From Scyliorhinus canicula (lineage: Eukaryota): DNA of 64,000 nt. Below the pieces are notes generated by a model. It was not told the origin of the DNA and made no database searches. It saw only the letters and a program-made list of their open reading frames with translations. How positions within the stretch are numbered: the first letter of the stretch is position 1; every line of letters begins with the position of its first letter. Shown one piece after another: positions 51,706 through 63,983 of this stretch. Both the position numbers and the translations under genes were made by a program. Location: positions 270,633,350 to 270,697,349 of the forward strand of contig NC_052146.1 in the NCBI RefSeq assembly GCF_902713615.1, in the 5' to 3' direction.

Positions 51706-53711
51706 GACCCCTCCGGAAGGCCGCTGCCCTAGACTCGACATGTATGCTCAAGCTGTCAGAAGTCGTGTCAATGCCAGATTCATCACTCGCAATCACAAGG
51801 CAGCCTCAAACGTCACCCAAGCACAACGCAACGCCATCCGCACTCTCAAGACCAACCGCAACATCGTCATCAAACCAGCAGACAAAGGAGGGGCCACCGT
51901 CATACTGAACAGAACAGACTACTGCAAAGAAGTATACCGACAACTCGACAACCAGGAACACTACAGGCAGTTACCCGCAGATCCAACCAAGGAACACATC
52001 CGCCAACTCAGCAGACTGATCAAGACCTTAGATCCAGACCTTCAGAACACCCTACGTGCTCTCATCCCACGTAATCCCCGCATTGGAGATCTCTACTGCC
52101 TCCCGAAAATACACAAGGCCAACACACCAGGCCATCCTATCGTTTCAGGCAATGGGACCCTGTGTGAGAACCTCTCTGGCCACATCGAGGGCATCTTGAA
52201 ACCCATCGTACAAGGTACACCCAGCTTCTGTCGCGACACGACGGACTTCCTACAGAAACTCAGCACCCATGGACCAGTTGAACCAGGAACATTCCTCGTC
52301 ACAATGGATGTCTCGGCACTCTACACCAGCATCCCCCATGACGACGGCATTGCTGCAACAGCCTCAGTCCTCAACACCGACAGCTGCCAATCTCCAGACG
52401 CAATTCTGCAACTCATCCGTTTCATTCTAGACCACAACGTCTTCACCTTCGACAACAAATTCTTCATCCAGACGCACGGAACAGCCATGGGGACCAAATT
52501 TGCACCTCAATATGCCAACATCTTCATGCACAAGTTTGAACAGGACTTCCTCACCACACAGGACTTTCAACCGATGCTATACACCAGATACATCGATGAC
52601 ATTTTTTTTCCTTTGGACCCACGGCGAGACATCACTGAAACGACTACACGATGACATCAATAAGTTCCATCCCACCATCAAACTCACCATGGACTATTCT
52701 CCAAATTCAGTTCCATTCTTGGACACACTCGTCTCCATCAAGGACGGTCACCTCAGCACCTCGCTTTACCGCAAGCCCACAGATAATCTCACGATGCTCC
52801 ACTTCTCCAGCTTTCACCCGAAACACATTAAAGAAGCCATCCCCTATGGACAAGCCCTCCGTATACACAGGATCTGCTCAGACAAGGAGGAGCGCAACAG
52901 ACACCTACAGATGCTGAAAGATGCCCTCGTACGAACGGGATATGGCGCTCGACTCATTGATCGACAGTTCCACCGCGCCACAGCAAAAAACCGCACCGAC
53001 CTCCTCAGAAGACAAACACGGGACACCACTGACAGAGTACCCTTCGTCGTCCAGTACTTTCCTGGGGCGGAGAAACTACGACATCTTCTTCGCAGCCTCC
53101 AACACATCATCAGCGAGGATGGACATCTTGCCAAGGTCATCCCCACACCCCCACTACTGGCCTTCAAACAACCGCGCAACCTCAAACAAACCATTGTTTG
53201 CAGCAAATTACCCAGCCTTCAGAACAGCAACCACAACACCACAAAACCCTGCCAGGGTAATCTCTGCAAGACATGCCAGATCATCGACATGGACACCACC
53301 ATTACACGTGGAAACACCACCCACCAGGTACGCGGCGCATACTCGTGCGACTCGACCAATGTAGTCTACCTCATACGCTGCAGGAAAGGATGTCCCGAAG
53401 CGTGGTACATTGGCGAGACCATGCAGACACTGCGACAACGAATAAACGGGCATCGTGCGACTATCAACAGGCAGGACTGTTCCCTTCCAGTTGGGGAACA
53501 CTTCAGCAGTCAAGGACATTCAGCCTCTGATCTCCGGGTCAGCATTCTACAAGGAGGCCTTCAGGAGACGCGACAACGCAAAATTGCTGAGCAAAAACTT
53601 ATAGCTAAGTTCCGCACGCATGAATGCGGACTCAACCGGGATCTGGGATTCATGTCGCATTACATTCGGCCCCCACCAACAAGCCTGGACTTGCAGAGGC
53701 CTACCGACTGA
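51705..53711 (+). pseudogene. Penelope RT plus GIY-YIG, second copy with a +1 frameshift
   Basis: Same protein split over ORFs 51638-52654 and 52500-53711. T8 at 52602-52609 versus 7 in the other arm. Adds N-terminal TPPEG...IVIKPADKGGATVIL. Confidence 0.9.
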
Positions 53712-53854
53712 ACTGGCTTGGGACAATTCACACCTCTTTAACCTGGAGTTACCTCTCTCTCTGCATCTTTGATGATTTGATTGCCTGCAGGTGCTCGCAT
53801 TCCGGGGCATCTCTGACTGTGTCTATATAAACATTTCTGGAACAAGCCTTTCCA

Positions 53855-53897
53855 TTCACCTGAAGAAGGAGCCGTGCTCCGAAAGCTCGTGTTTGAA
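53855..53897 (+). ncRNA. Minimal type I hammerhead ribozyme in the Penelope pLTR
   Basis: CAC-CUGAAGA-A-GGAGC(CGU)GCUCC-GAAA-GCUC-GUG: CUGANGA and GAAA cores, 5-bp stem II, palindromic AGCU in place of stem III, CAC/GUG stem I. Confidence 0.8.
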
Positions 53898-55609
53898 ACA
53901 AACCTGTTGGACTTTAACCTGGTGTTGTAAGACTTCTTACTGTGCTCCCTAAAGAAAAGTCACATTGCTACCTGGAAACAGAGCTGCCAAGGTGATGGAT
54001 AAACTACCCCATGTGGGGAATTGTGTGCATAAACCTGTGCCTTTCCTGCCAGTGCACCATCCAGCAGCCCCATCGGCAAAGTGGAATTGAATTGTCACTC
54101 ACTTTTCCCCTTGGATTATCTCAAGGATTTTCACTTTCTCATTACTTCTCTAATACATGTGTTTTCCCAGCCGGTCTGAATGAGCAATGTGCGAAAATCA
54201 CAGGAAGCTGCAGTTGTAGTTCAAAAGGTCACTCATTTATGTTATAATGATGTATTGCAAAATAATATAAATCTTGAGCATTTCTTTCGAGAAAAAGACA
54301 TCCCCACCCTGTTGTGAAATCGTTTGACAGTCAATTTCTGGGGTCAGCAAGTGGAAAGTGTTGATAGATGGATTCCACTATATAGATAGAAAAATATATA
54401 CACATGTATATGCACACCACATAGACGTATATGTATATATAAAACTGCACCAGCAATGCAGACAGCTCAGGTAGCTATTATCAAAGGCATCTGTAACTGT
54501 TATCAGCAATGTTATAAAGTTCAGTCCTAGGTCATGTCCCCTTGAATGCCTCAATGTTATTTTAAACTTGGGAGTACAAAACTTATCACTCATTTGCGAC
54601 AGAACATGTTGCTGAGAAAGTTTTTTTTCTTTTTTTTGATGTTTATACATAACTTATCAACGTACAGAATGATAAGATCTGAGGGGGAAAAAAGCTTTTC
54701 ACAATACAGGTCTCCCGAAAGGAACACAGGAATGAAATTCTCCACCCATTGTGTGAGGATATGTTTGGAAAATGAAGGAACATCATTAACATTCATCCGT
54801 AATCAGAATCCATATCAGGGGACGTGCAAAATGCTGAAAGACTTCGGAAAGAAAATGCTTGCTCTAAAGATGTAATTATTTTCTGTGGCATACAATCACA
54901 TTGCTGACATCTTCTTATCTATTATCTATCAAATGGTTGTATTACTAGTTACCCAGTACCACAAATGTTCATTTTCAGTCAGAGACGTCTCACCCTGTTC
55001 AACTTGTTCCACCAAATATGGACGACACACTGCTTCAGTTATGAACAACTGCAGGCCAAAGCCATGCACATTATTTGGAGCCCTAATAAAATGGGTCTGC
55101 AGCATTTAATAGACCTCAAATGGGGTAAAGTAATGGGGTGAAGCACAGACTATTTAATAATGAATGACCACCTGTACCCTTCTCTCAGTCACTCAGAAGA
55201 AACAATTAGAGTCCAGAGCAATTAGTCCCTTACTATTCAGACTTAGATTCTGTTACAATTTAATGCGTTTTATTGTTTTGTGATCATTTGCAACTTTCAA
55301 AAATCACCTGTACAGGGATGTGAAATCCCAACTGCTGAAGGTAAAGATGATTTTTTTTGACACCTCATTTGTTTACTTTAAGGGCTCCTCAAACAGACTT
55401 GACTGTCTGCAGTATTCACTTTGTAATAGCTCAATGGTAAATGAATACCCTGCAGAATAGAATCACTTTTGTTCTTATTCTGGTGTGTTCCCAGTATAAT
55501 TTTAATGCAGATTCCACTCCATGATTTCTGCACGTGTGGTGTAAGAATCACTTCTCTTTGTTCTTCTGCTCGTATAATATGCTCCGAATAGCAGTATACT
55601 GACGGCATC

Positions 55610-56010
55610 CAACAACAATAAACACAACTTACATCTTTGTTCGTATAGCACCTTTACCATAATGAAATGTCCCAAGGAGATTCATAAGAGCATTACACCA
55701 CCAAGCCACAGGAGATATTTGGCCGGATAACCTTGGTCAAAGAGGAAAGTTCTAAAGAAGTGCCTTAAACAGTACAAGCGAGATCAAGAGGGGTAGGGAG
55801 GGTAGTCCAGCACTTGGAACCATTGCAACTGAAGGCATGGCCACCATGATGGAGCAATTGTGACTGGAAATGCAGAAGTGGCCAGAATTAGATGACTGCG
55901 TTTATTTGGAGAATTGTGCGGTTGAAGGAAATTACAGAGATAGGGAGAGGCAAGGTCATGGAGGGATTGGGAAACAGGGATGAGAATTTGAAAATCAAGG
56001 CATTGCATGG
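55610..56010 (-). mobile_element. Old L2 LINE 3' end
   Basis: QCLDFQILI.V.QSLHDLASPYLCNFLQP in ORF 55784-56008, plus L2-like tail. Confidence 0.7.
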
Positions 56011-56204
56011 GAATATTGAACAGGAAAGTGTTCTGAGAAGACCAAGACTAGAAGTTCCATTTGAAGTAGATTTACTATGATCAGCAGTGCAGTGTGAGAT
56101 GCCACCAGAGCAATGGATTCATGAAAATACTTGCACTTCTACTGTACCTAATAAAATGTTTGAGGAATTACTTTTGGAACACATTTGTTATAAAGGTAAA
56201 AGTA

Positions 56205-56545
56205 GGGCAGCATGGTAGCATGGTGGTTAGCATAAATGCTTCACAGCTCCAGGGTCCCAGGTTCGATTCCCGGCTGGGTCACTGTCTGTGCGGAGTCTGC
56301 ACGTCCTCCCCGTGTGTGCGTGGGTTTCCTCCGGGTGCTCCGGTTTCCTCCCACAGTCCAAAGATGTGCGGGTTAGGTGGATTGGCCAGGCTAAATTGCC
56401 CTTAGTGTCCTAAAAATAAGGTTAATGGGGGTTGTTGGGTTACTGGTATAGGGTGGATACGTGGGCTTGAGTAGGGTGATCATTGCTCGGCACAACATCG
56501 AGGGCCGAAGGGCCTGTTCTGTGCTGTACTGTTCTATGTTCTATG
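56205..56545 (+). mobile_element. Full-length V-SINE
   Basis: A/B boxes, V-domain, (GTTCTAT)n tail. Confidence 0.92.
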
Positions 56546-56759
56546 CACTCACAATATACCACAAACATCTGTTAAATGAATGGCCAATTCATCAACTTCT
56601 GGATGATGGAAGATTATTGGCTGGAATACCTATAGAACTCTCTGATATGGGTAGAGTACCTACAGGCATGGGTGGGGATATTTTTTTATCACACTGCTGG
56701 ACATAAATTTAACTTTTGCAAGTGACTGCCAGCTGCTTGCAGGCATAGGCTCCCTGCAT

Positions 56760-57140
56760 TCTCATGGTACTAGACTTCCACAAGGTGTCTGTCACTGGCA
56801 GCCACCTCCTGCCTCCCCCAGCCAGGTATCGTTCTCTGCCAACTTGTCACGTTGTGCGTGCTCTTCTGCAAGGAGAGAAAACAGGGAGGTGGGAGTCACC
56901 ATCATGGCTTGCTTACAGAGGGGTGAAGGTGACCATTTGTGGAAGGCGACTGGGAGGCATGGGTGTGAGAGGGGTGGCAAACTTCCCAAGCATTGCCTCA
57001 ATTCCTGTGGGAGCAGCTGGGTAAAAAAAACTCAACTGCTGGTGACCTCCTCCGCAGCACTCCATTACGCAGAGATGCTACCTCCTCAAGTAGATGTGAC
57101 AAAATCTATGAGACACTTCAGCGATGTGCTATCTTCATGA
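56760..57140 (-). pseudogene. Harbinger Myb/SANT-like remnant
   Basis: WSAAEEVTSS and, after a TTGCAG acceptor, EEHAQRDKLAEN...EAGGG (compare 'K.AHN...TGGG'). Confidence 0.4.
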
Positions 57141-59761
57141 GCGATTAAGGAAACTGACTGAAGGAAATGCCACTGAATGTTAGACACCCACATGAGAAAT
57201 GAAGGAGGCTAGGCTTGTTTAAAGATGCTTCTAATAAACGTGGACCGTTGCTTCTTATAAAGGTTCCCCATAGCTGCTGTGTCTCACGCACTGGCAACCC
57301 TTATCACGCTTTCACATGAGCAATCAAAAATCTCACTACCAATCTCTGGAATAAAAAATATGTTTCACAAAAATCCCAGATAAGAAGCATCCATGTTATG
57401 GAGACTGCCTGTTGTTTCATATTTTTTAAAATGTTGTTTCACAGGAGCTCTTATTGTAAAAAGTGGTAAGAGATGTCAAATTTTAAATTTTGTTAAATTA
57501 ATTTTTTTGGCTTGAAACTTTAAAAATCAGTCTGCTGCAAAAAACTGATTCATATCTTTGTTTAAATAATGACTGTTGGTATGGTTCAGGAGGTGGGTCT
57601 GACTGGAAGGGGTTACCCAGAACTAAACTGAGTTAAAATGAGATACGTGGAATGCCGTTGCTTACTGAAAAACGCTTATCGTAACTGTCATTACATTTTG
57701 TCATTCTGTCATATGACAGAACAACTGGTAACAACTTCTTACAGAGGAGATTGATAGGAAACAGTAGACGCCTTGACCCGTGACATGTCTTTGCAGCATC
57801 TTAACCATTGCATACTGAAATAACACTGGTGTAGGGGTGAGTGTTGGAGGCTGCAATAATCTTGGCAACCAGAAAACATTCATAAGGTGCTTGAGCTTTG
57901 TTCCTGTGGTTTATGACATAATTGAATCAGCTATAAAACCTTTGAATGCCGACAGCTCTATTGTATTTAATCCAGTTGGCAGGACAGTGGTTATTTTAAA
58001 AACACAAAAAATAACTGGGATATGTCTAAACCAACATGGTCGCAATGTACCTGTGGTATATTGCAGCTGGTTCTCTGTTGTCCTCTGAATTGGGAAGGCA
58101 AAAATAAATTTGCTCAATGATGGCTGCCCGCTGCTGGGTATGTGTTAGTTTTATGCAGGCAATATGCAACAGAAAGTTGATGATTGGGATAGGGTGACTC
58201 TCTTTTACATTTCATTTGAAAAATTAAGAACTGATGAACATTTGGTCACACTTTTTATAACTCCTAAATTTGATTTTGAAGACATTTCCTGTATTTCTCC
58301 TATTCTTATGTTTCTTGCAGCCTTGGTGCTTACTGCACATGCACTGCCTTCCTGGAGTTGGACCTGAGCCAGGAAGGGGCCTGAGGGGTGTTTGAGGATG
58401 GACATGTCTCAGTTTGGTGGGTGGGGAAGGGGGGTAACGGCACAGCCCAAGGTTCGGTGGAAGGTTCAAGCCCAAGGCTTGGTCAGGGAGTGAAGGACTG
58501 AAGTGCAGTTGGGGGACAAGAGCTCAGGTCTCATGGCGAGCGTCCAGGTTACTCCATACCGTCCCCTCCTCCCCCCTTACAGGTTTCATCACCCCTTCCT
58601 TGTCTCAACAACCCCACAGTTTCACCGACAACGACTGCCCAAGCTCGCCAACAATCCCTGACCCCCTGCTTTCTGCCTTTCTAGCCAACATCTTGACAAC
58701 AATGTCTACATTCCTGTCCTCAGCCCTTGGCTGACCCATCCCATTAATTAACCTTACTAGCACCCCTGTTCCGGTTGGTAGCTACACCAGGCCTCCCTCC
58801 ACCTTGATTGCTGGTCCTAGCACTCCACAACCTGCGAAGCGTCCCTTAATTTACTTCCTTGGAGTTGGCCACCCTGCTATTCATGTCATAATGAGGTACA
58901 GCTTAATAAATCAGCACAGTGCATAATTGAAGAAATGGCACTGAGGTTCCAAGTTACAGCCATGCACCGTGAAGGCCCTGGTAAATCTAAAGCTAGTTCA
59001 GGAGTCTACAAATAAAATCGTCAAAGGCTCATCTGATAAGATATGGATACTGAAGTTATGGAACAGGAAGATCAAGACCTGCACTGAGATGGGAGGAAAA
59101 GGGCTGAAGATAAAATTCCACTGTCCACATTTGAAATGAAAGTTGGGAGGTTCACAACTTGCTTTCGTCGTTGGAATTGACTGAAGAAAATATGGTAAAA
59201 CTGGGCAGGGTTATTTACAGTAAAGATCAGTAAGAGTACGTGTGTCTGTCGTTGGAAAAGTGCTAAGGGAGTACAATGTGATCTTTGAGCAAGGAGGACC
59301 AACTGATAAAAGTGGCCATCACACAGCAACAGTCAAGATAAAGGAAACTATACAGCTGACATTTTGCAAAAGGAGGCCAGTACCTTATGCACAATTAGAA
59401 GCAGTCAGTCAAGAGCTGAATCGATTAGCAAGTACAGGGCAAAGAAGAAGCTGAAGAGTGGTGAATGGCCACACCCATTGTGTTGTTCAAAAAGCAGAAG
59501 GGTCCATTTGGATTTGTGCAGATTATAAATGACTGGTGATTGAGAATGATACTGCCTTACCTGTGAAGATTTGTTTTCTAATTTGGCCAATAAAAAGGTG
59601 TTCAGCAAGATTGATTTGTTGAATGCATTTTTGCAATCAGAATTAACTGACAAGAGCAAAAGCCTGATTTCTATTCATACACAAAGGGTATCACCAGTAT
59701 GAAAGATTACCATTTGGTATGACTGCTGCTCCCACAGGGTTCTAGAGCATTATAGATCATG

Positions 59762-59934
59762 AATGAAAATGAAAATCACTTATTGTCACGAGTAGGCTTC
59801 AATGAAGTTACTGTGAAAAGCCCCTAGTCGCCACATTCCGGCACCTGCCCGGGGAGGCTGATACGGGAATCGAACCGTGCTGCTGTCCTGCTTGGTCTGC
59901 TTTTTTAAAAAGCCAGCGATTTAGCCCAGTGAGC
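59762..59934 (-). mobile_element. SINE family C
   Basis: B-box GGTTCGATTCC on the minus strand. TSD TAGATCATG (59753-59761 / 59935-59943). Confidence 0.9.
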
Positions 59935-60438
59935 TAGATCATGTACTAATTGTGATGAAAGGAATGGCCTGCTTCTTAAATAGCTTTCTAATTTGTGGTA
60001 ATATTGAGAAATAGCACATTGTAAAGTTGGACAAAGTCTTGGATTGAATTTAAGAATATGGCATCAAAGCTAAAGGCTTCATGGTGTCAAGTATGGGTCA
60101 TCAAATAGATAGTGAAAATATCGAGCCAATGCAAGAGATGGTGGGGTGGGGGGATTTTGATAGCAAAGGGAAAGAGAACAAAGATGAATTTAAAACATTC
60201 ATAGGAATTGTTGTGTATTATTCGAAGTTCATCCTCAGCTTAGCTAATACACTTGCTCCATTAAATTAACCGCTCAAAGATGGAATAGGTTAAGACTGGT
60301 CTGTGGAGCGCCAGAAGGTATTTGAAGAAGCAAAGAAAATACTGATTAGCGTTACAGATGGGGAGAGGTGTGGGACAAATTCCATCCCTCACTCCTTTAT
60401 CAAAAGAATGGATAAACATTTACTTTCATTTACTTTAA

Positions 60439-60797
60439 GGGCAGCACGGTAGCATAGTGGTTAGCACAATTGCTTCACAGCTCCAGGGTCCCAGGTTCGA
60501 TTCCGGCTTGGGTCACTGTCTGTGCGGAGTCTGCACATCCTCCCCGTGTGTGCGTGGGTTTCCTCCGGGTGTTCCGGTTTCCTCCCACAGTCCAAAGATG
60601 TGCAGGTTAGGTGGATTGGCCATGATAAATTGCCCTTAGTGTCCAAAATTGCCCTTAGTGTTGGGTGGGGTTACTGGGTTAGGGGGATAGGGTGGAGGTG
60701 TTGACCTTGGGTAGTGTGCTCTTTCCAAGAGCCAGTGCAGACTCGATGGGCCGAATGGCCTCCTTCTGCACTGTGAATTCTATGATAATCTATGATA
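60439..60797 (+). mobile_element. Full-length V-SINE
   Basis: A/B boxes, V-domain, CR1-like tail. Confidence 0.92.
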
Positions 60798-61004
60798 ATT
60801 TCACAATACCCAATATACAACCACAACAAATGCTCACTCAGCAAACACACTGATACACACAAACAAGAAAAGATGGTATCTAGAGATGTAACATGCACCT
60901 AGATTATTAACAGAGTAACAATAAACCGGTCACTTGTTTATAGTCCTTAAGATGGCTGTTGAAAATGTTACAGGCCTGAAGGATTCTCTCAGTTTATGGA
61001 GGTT

Positions 61005-62650
61005 GGAACGCACACTTCGCAGACCTGTCCTCCACCCCAAAAAATCTGCTCAGCCGGGCCACTGTCATGTGAGCCCGGTGAACAACCTCAAATTGGATCA
61101 GGCTGAGGCTGGCACATGTTGCGGTCGCATTGACCCTTCCTAACCCGTCTGCCCAAAGGCCCTCCTCTATCTCCCCCGCCCCCCCCCCCAGCTCCTCCTC
61201 CCACTTTCACTTGAGCTCCTCGGTTTGCGTCCCCTCCAAACCCATAAGCTCTCTATATATAGAACATAGAACATAGAACAGTACAGCACAGAACAGGCCC
61301 TTCGACCCTCGATGTTGTGCCGAACAATGATCACCCCACTTAAACCCACGTAACCCGTATACCCGTAACCCAACAATCCCCCCATGTCCGAGACGCTCCA
61401 CTCCCCTATCCATCCTCTAGGGACCACCCTGTCCTGAATCCCCCTTAACGGCAGGAGTGGGAAGGTTGGTATCTGCCTCTGCAAAAAGTCCCGTACCTGT
61501 AAATATCGGAGTTAATTTCCCCCCGCCAATGCAAACTTTTCCTCCAGCGCCCTCGTATTGGGAAGCTGCCTTCCAAGAACAAGTCCCCCATCCTCTCAAT
61601 CACTGCGCTCTGCCAAATACGGAACCCCCCTGTCCATCCTCCCCGGGGCAAACCTATGATTGTCGCAGATTGGGACAACACCGATGCCCCCTCTGCTCCC
61701 ACATGCCTCCTCCACTGCACCCAGACTCTCAGAGCCACCACCACCACCGGACTGGTAGAGTACCGTGCCGGCGGGAACGGCAGGGGCGCCGTCACCAGTG
61801 CCACTAAACTTGTGCCCTTACACAAAGCCGCCATCATGCGCACCCATGCCGGCTCTCTCCCCCCCCCCCCCACCCCCCCCACCCACCCACCAACCACCTC
61901 CTCACCATGGCTATGTTAGCCGCCCAGTAGTAATTACTGAAATTTGGCAGCGCCAGTTCAGCATCTCCCCGATTCCGCTCGAGCATTGCCCTTTTCACCC
62001 GCGGTGGCTTACCCCCACCCCACAGAAAGCCCAGAATAATCTTATTAATCCGCTTAAAAAAGGACAGCGGGATGAAGATGGGAGGCACTGGAAAACGAGA
62101 AGAAACCTCGGGCGGACAGTCATTTTACCGACTGCACCCTACCCGCCAGAGACAATGGGAACGCGTCCCATCACCGGAAATCCTCCTTCATCTGGTCCAC
62201 CAACCGGGCCAGGTTCAATTTGTGTAACCTGTCCCAATCCCTCACCACCTAAATACCTGATGCACGATCAATTGCACAAAGACGAGAGTTGAATACAACT
62301 GAGGCTTTATTACACTAAGATGTGTGGCCTCCTACAGCAGCTGGCGAAATGGCTACTGTACGGGGAGCACATATATTTATACTCCGCCTACTGGGCGGAA
62401 CCAGCAGGCAGGAACTATCCCCATACCTGTAGTACAGGGCCTTACCACACCTCTCCTAATATATACAACAGTGGTGATTGCCACAATACCCAAGTACCTA
62501 AAACTGTCCCCTACCACTCTAAACGGCAGTTCCCCTAGTCACCTCTCCTGACCTCTTGCCTGAACCACAAACAACTCGCTCTTCCCCATATAAAGCTTGT
62601 ACCCCGAAAACCGGCCAAATTCCCCTGGGATTCCCATAATTGGAACTTCC
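61005..62650 (-). mobile_element. L1-clade ORF2 3' fragment, interrupted by a SINE tail (61260-61385) and a solo LTR
   Basis: FSGYKL, FRYLGI, PIFIPLSFFK....GFLWGG.KPPRV...LALPNFSNYYWA. Confidence 0.85.
62258..62485 (-). mobile_element. Solo LTR (228 bp)
   Basis: TG...CA ends. Exact 5-bp TSD ATACC (62253-62257 / 62486-62490). TATAAATA and AATAAA on the minus strand. The L1 frame rejoins when it is removed. Confidence 0.88.
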
Positions 62651-63180
62651 TTCTTAATAACACAGTTGGTGTACCTACCCCGTGTTGACTGCAGTAGTTG
62701 AAGAAGGTGGCTCCCCACTACCTTTGCAAGGGAAGTAAGGGATGGACAATGACATTCACATCTTGTGAAAGTATTTTTAAAAATTATAGTATTGATGTAT
62801 TCTATTGTCCATACAATGGTTGGAGCTGATGGCACACAGTGGGAAAACGCTTGATATGCCATTAACATTCCTATGAATCCCATCTTCATGAGGCTGGCAG
62901 ATCTGGCAGCCATTTCCATTTTAAGGTTCTTCCATTGAAATGGTGAAGAATAGTCAATTAGCACCTGATAAAACAATTTACATTTTAAGTAGTTTCCCAG
63001 AGTTATGTTGCCATGTCTGTCTTGATCAGTCCAAAAAGACAAAAGGAATCCTTTCCTGGGGCAATTTTATGAAGGTACAATGTCAAAATCCATGTTACTG
63101 TTTTCTTTTAAAAATAAAGTGTCCATTTCTCAATAGGCCTTATGGGCATATTGTGACTGTCACACCAGCAATACTATTTT

Positions 63181-63407
63181 TTTAATTTTAGTTTTTGGAG
63201 TACCCAATTCATTTTTTCCAATTAAGGGGCAATTTAGCATGGCCAATCCACCTACCGTGCACATTTTTGGGTCTGGGGGCAAAACCCACGCAAACACGGG
63301 GAGGATGTGCAAACTCCACACAGACAGTGACCCAGAGCCGGGATCAAACCTGGGACCTCAGCGCCATGGGGCCACAGTGCTAACCCACTGCGCCACTGTG
63401 TTGCCCT
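63181..63407 (-). mobile_element. V-SINE
   Basis: Like 28827-29051. TSD CAGCAAT(A/G)CTATTTTT. Confidence 0.9.
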
Positions 63408-63637
63408 CAGCAATGCTATTTTTGATCCACTATGATCCCAAGAAGCAATTGGATTTGGTGTGTGCTGCCTCGCTACAGGGTTAAGAATGGTGTTATCTCA
63501 CATAATAGAAGATGGCATGGGGAAGCTTGCAGCATATGCTTCACGTATTTTAATTACATCAGAGCAAAATTACTCACAAGTTGATAAAGAGGCATTAGCG
63601 AACAAATTTATTGTCACTGGGTTCCACAGATACATGT

Positions 63638-63983
63638 AATGAAATGAAAATCGCTTATTGTCACGAGTAGGCTTCAATGAAGTTACTGTGAAAAGCCCCT
63701 AGTCGCCACATTCCGGCGCCTGTCCGGGGAGGCTGGTACGGGAATCGAACCGTGCTGCTGGCCTGCTTGGTCTGCTTTAAAAGCCAGCGATTTAGCTGAG
63801 TGAGCTAAACCAGCCCCTTGTTTATTGTCACAAGTAGGCTTCAATGAAGTTACTGTGAAAAGCCCCTAGTCGCCACATTCCAGCGCCTGTTTGGGGAGTC
63901 CGGTACGGGAATTGAACCTGCGCTGCTGACATTGTTCTGCATTACAAGCCAGCTGTTTAGCCCATGGTACTAAAGCAGCCCCT
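63638..63983 (-). mobile_element. Two tandem SINE family C copies (63638-63817, 63819-63983)
   Basis: Each has a GGGGCTG.TTTAG head, a B-box, and TTCACAGTAACTTCATTGAAGCCTACT.GTGACAATAA. Confidence 0.88.

Larger units (their letters stand above)
49647..53947. mobile_element. Penelope-like retroelement inserted as a head-to-head inverted duplication
   Basis: Arms 49678-51705 (-) and 51919-53947 (+). 213-bp unique spacer 51706-51918. 31-nt extra tail 49647-49677 on the left arm only. TSD (CTC)CCTAAAGAAA at 49634-49646 and 53945-53957. Confidence 0.96.
59030..63637 (+). mobile_element. Degenerate Ty3/Gypsy pol remnant (59030-60350 and 63408-63637) with nested insertions
   Basis: RPVPYA, EW.TP, ICADYK, FSKIDL.NAF.Q, IHT.KG, RLPFG...AP (RT). 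HYDPKK, AYASR.L..SEQNYSQVDKEAL (RNase H). Many stops. Confidence 0.85.

Noticed and set aside
52602-52609. Programmed frameshift in the right Penelope arm
   Set aside because: The other arm has 7 bases and an open frame. A homopolymer slip or sequencing error is simpler.
49647-53947. Penelope palindrome as an assembly fold-back artefact or a DNA transposon with long TIRs
   Set aside because: The flanking TSD, one-sided 31-nt tail, in-frame unique spacer and arm differences fit a genuine PLE insertion. The protein is RT plus GIY-YIG, not a DDE transposase.
58051-58084. Possible 34-bp minus-strand host exon (TTCCCAATTCAG acceptor, GTACAT donor)
   Set aside because: The donor is weak, I recognise no peptide, and I found no partner exons. 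RNA-seq would be needed.
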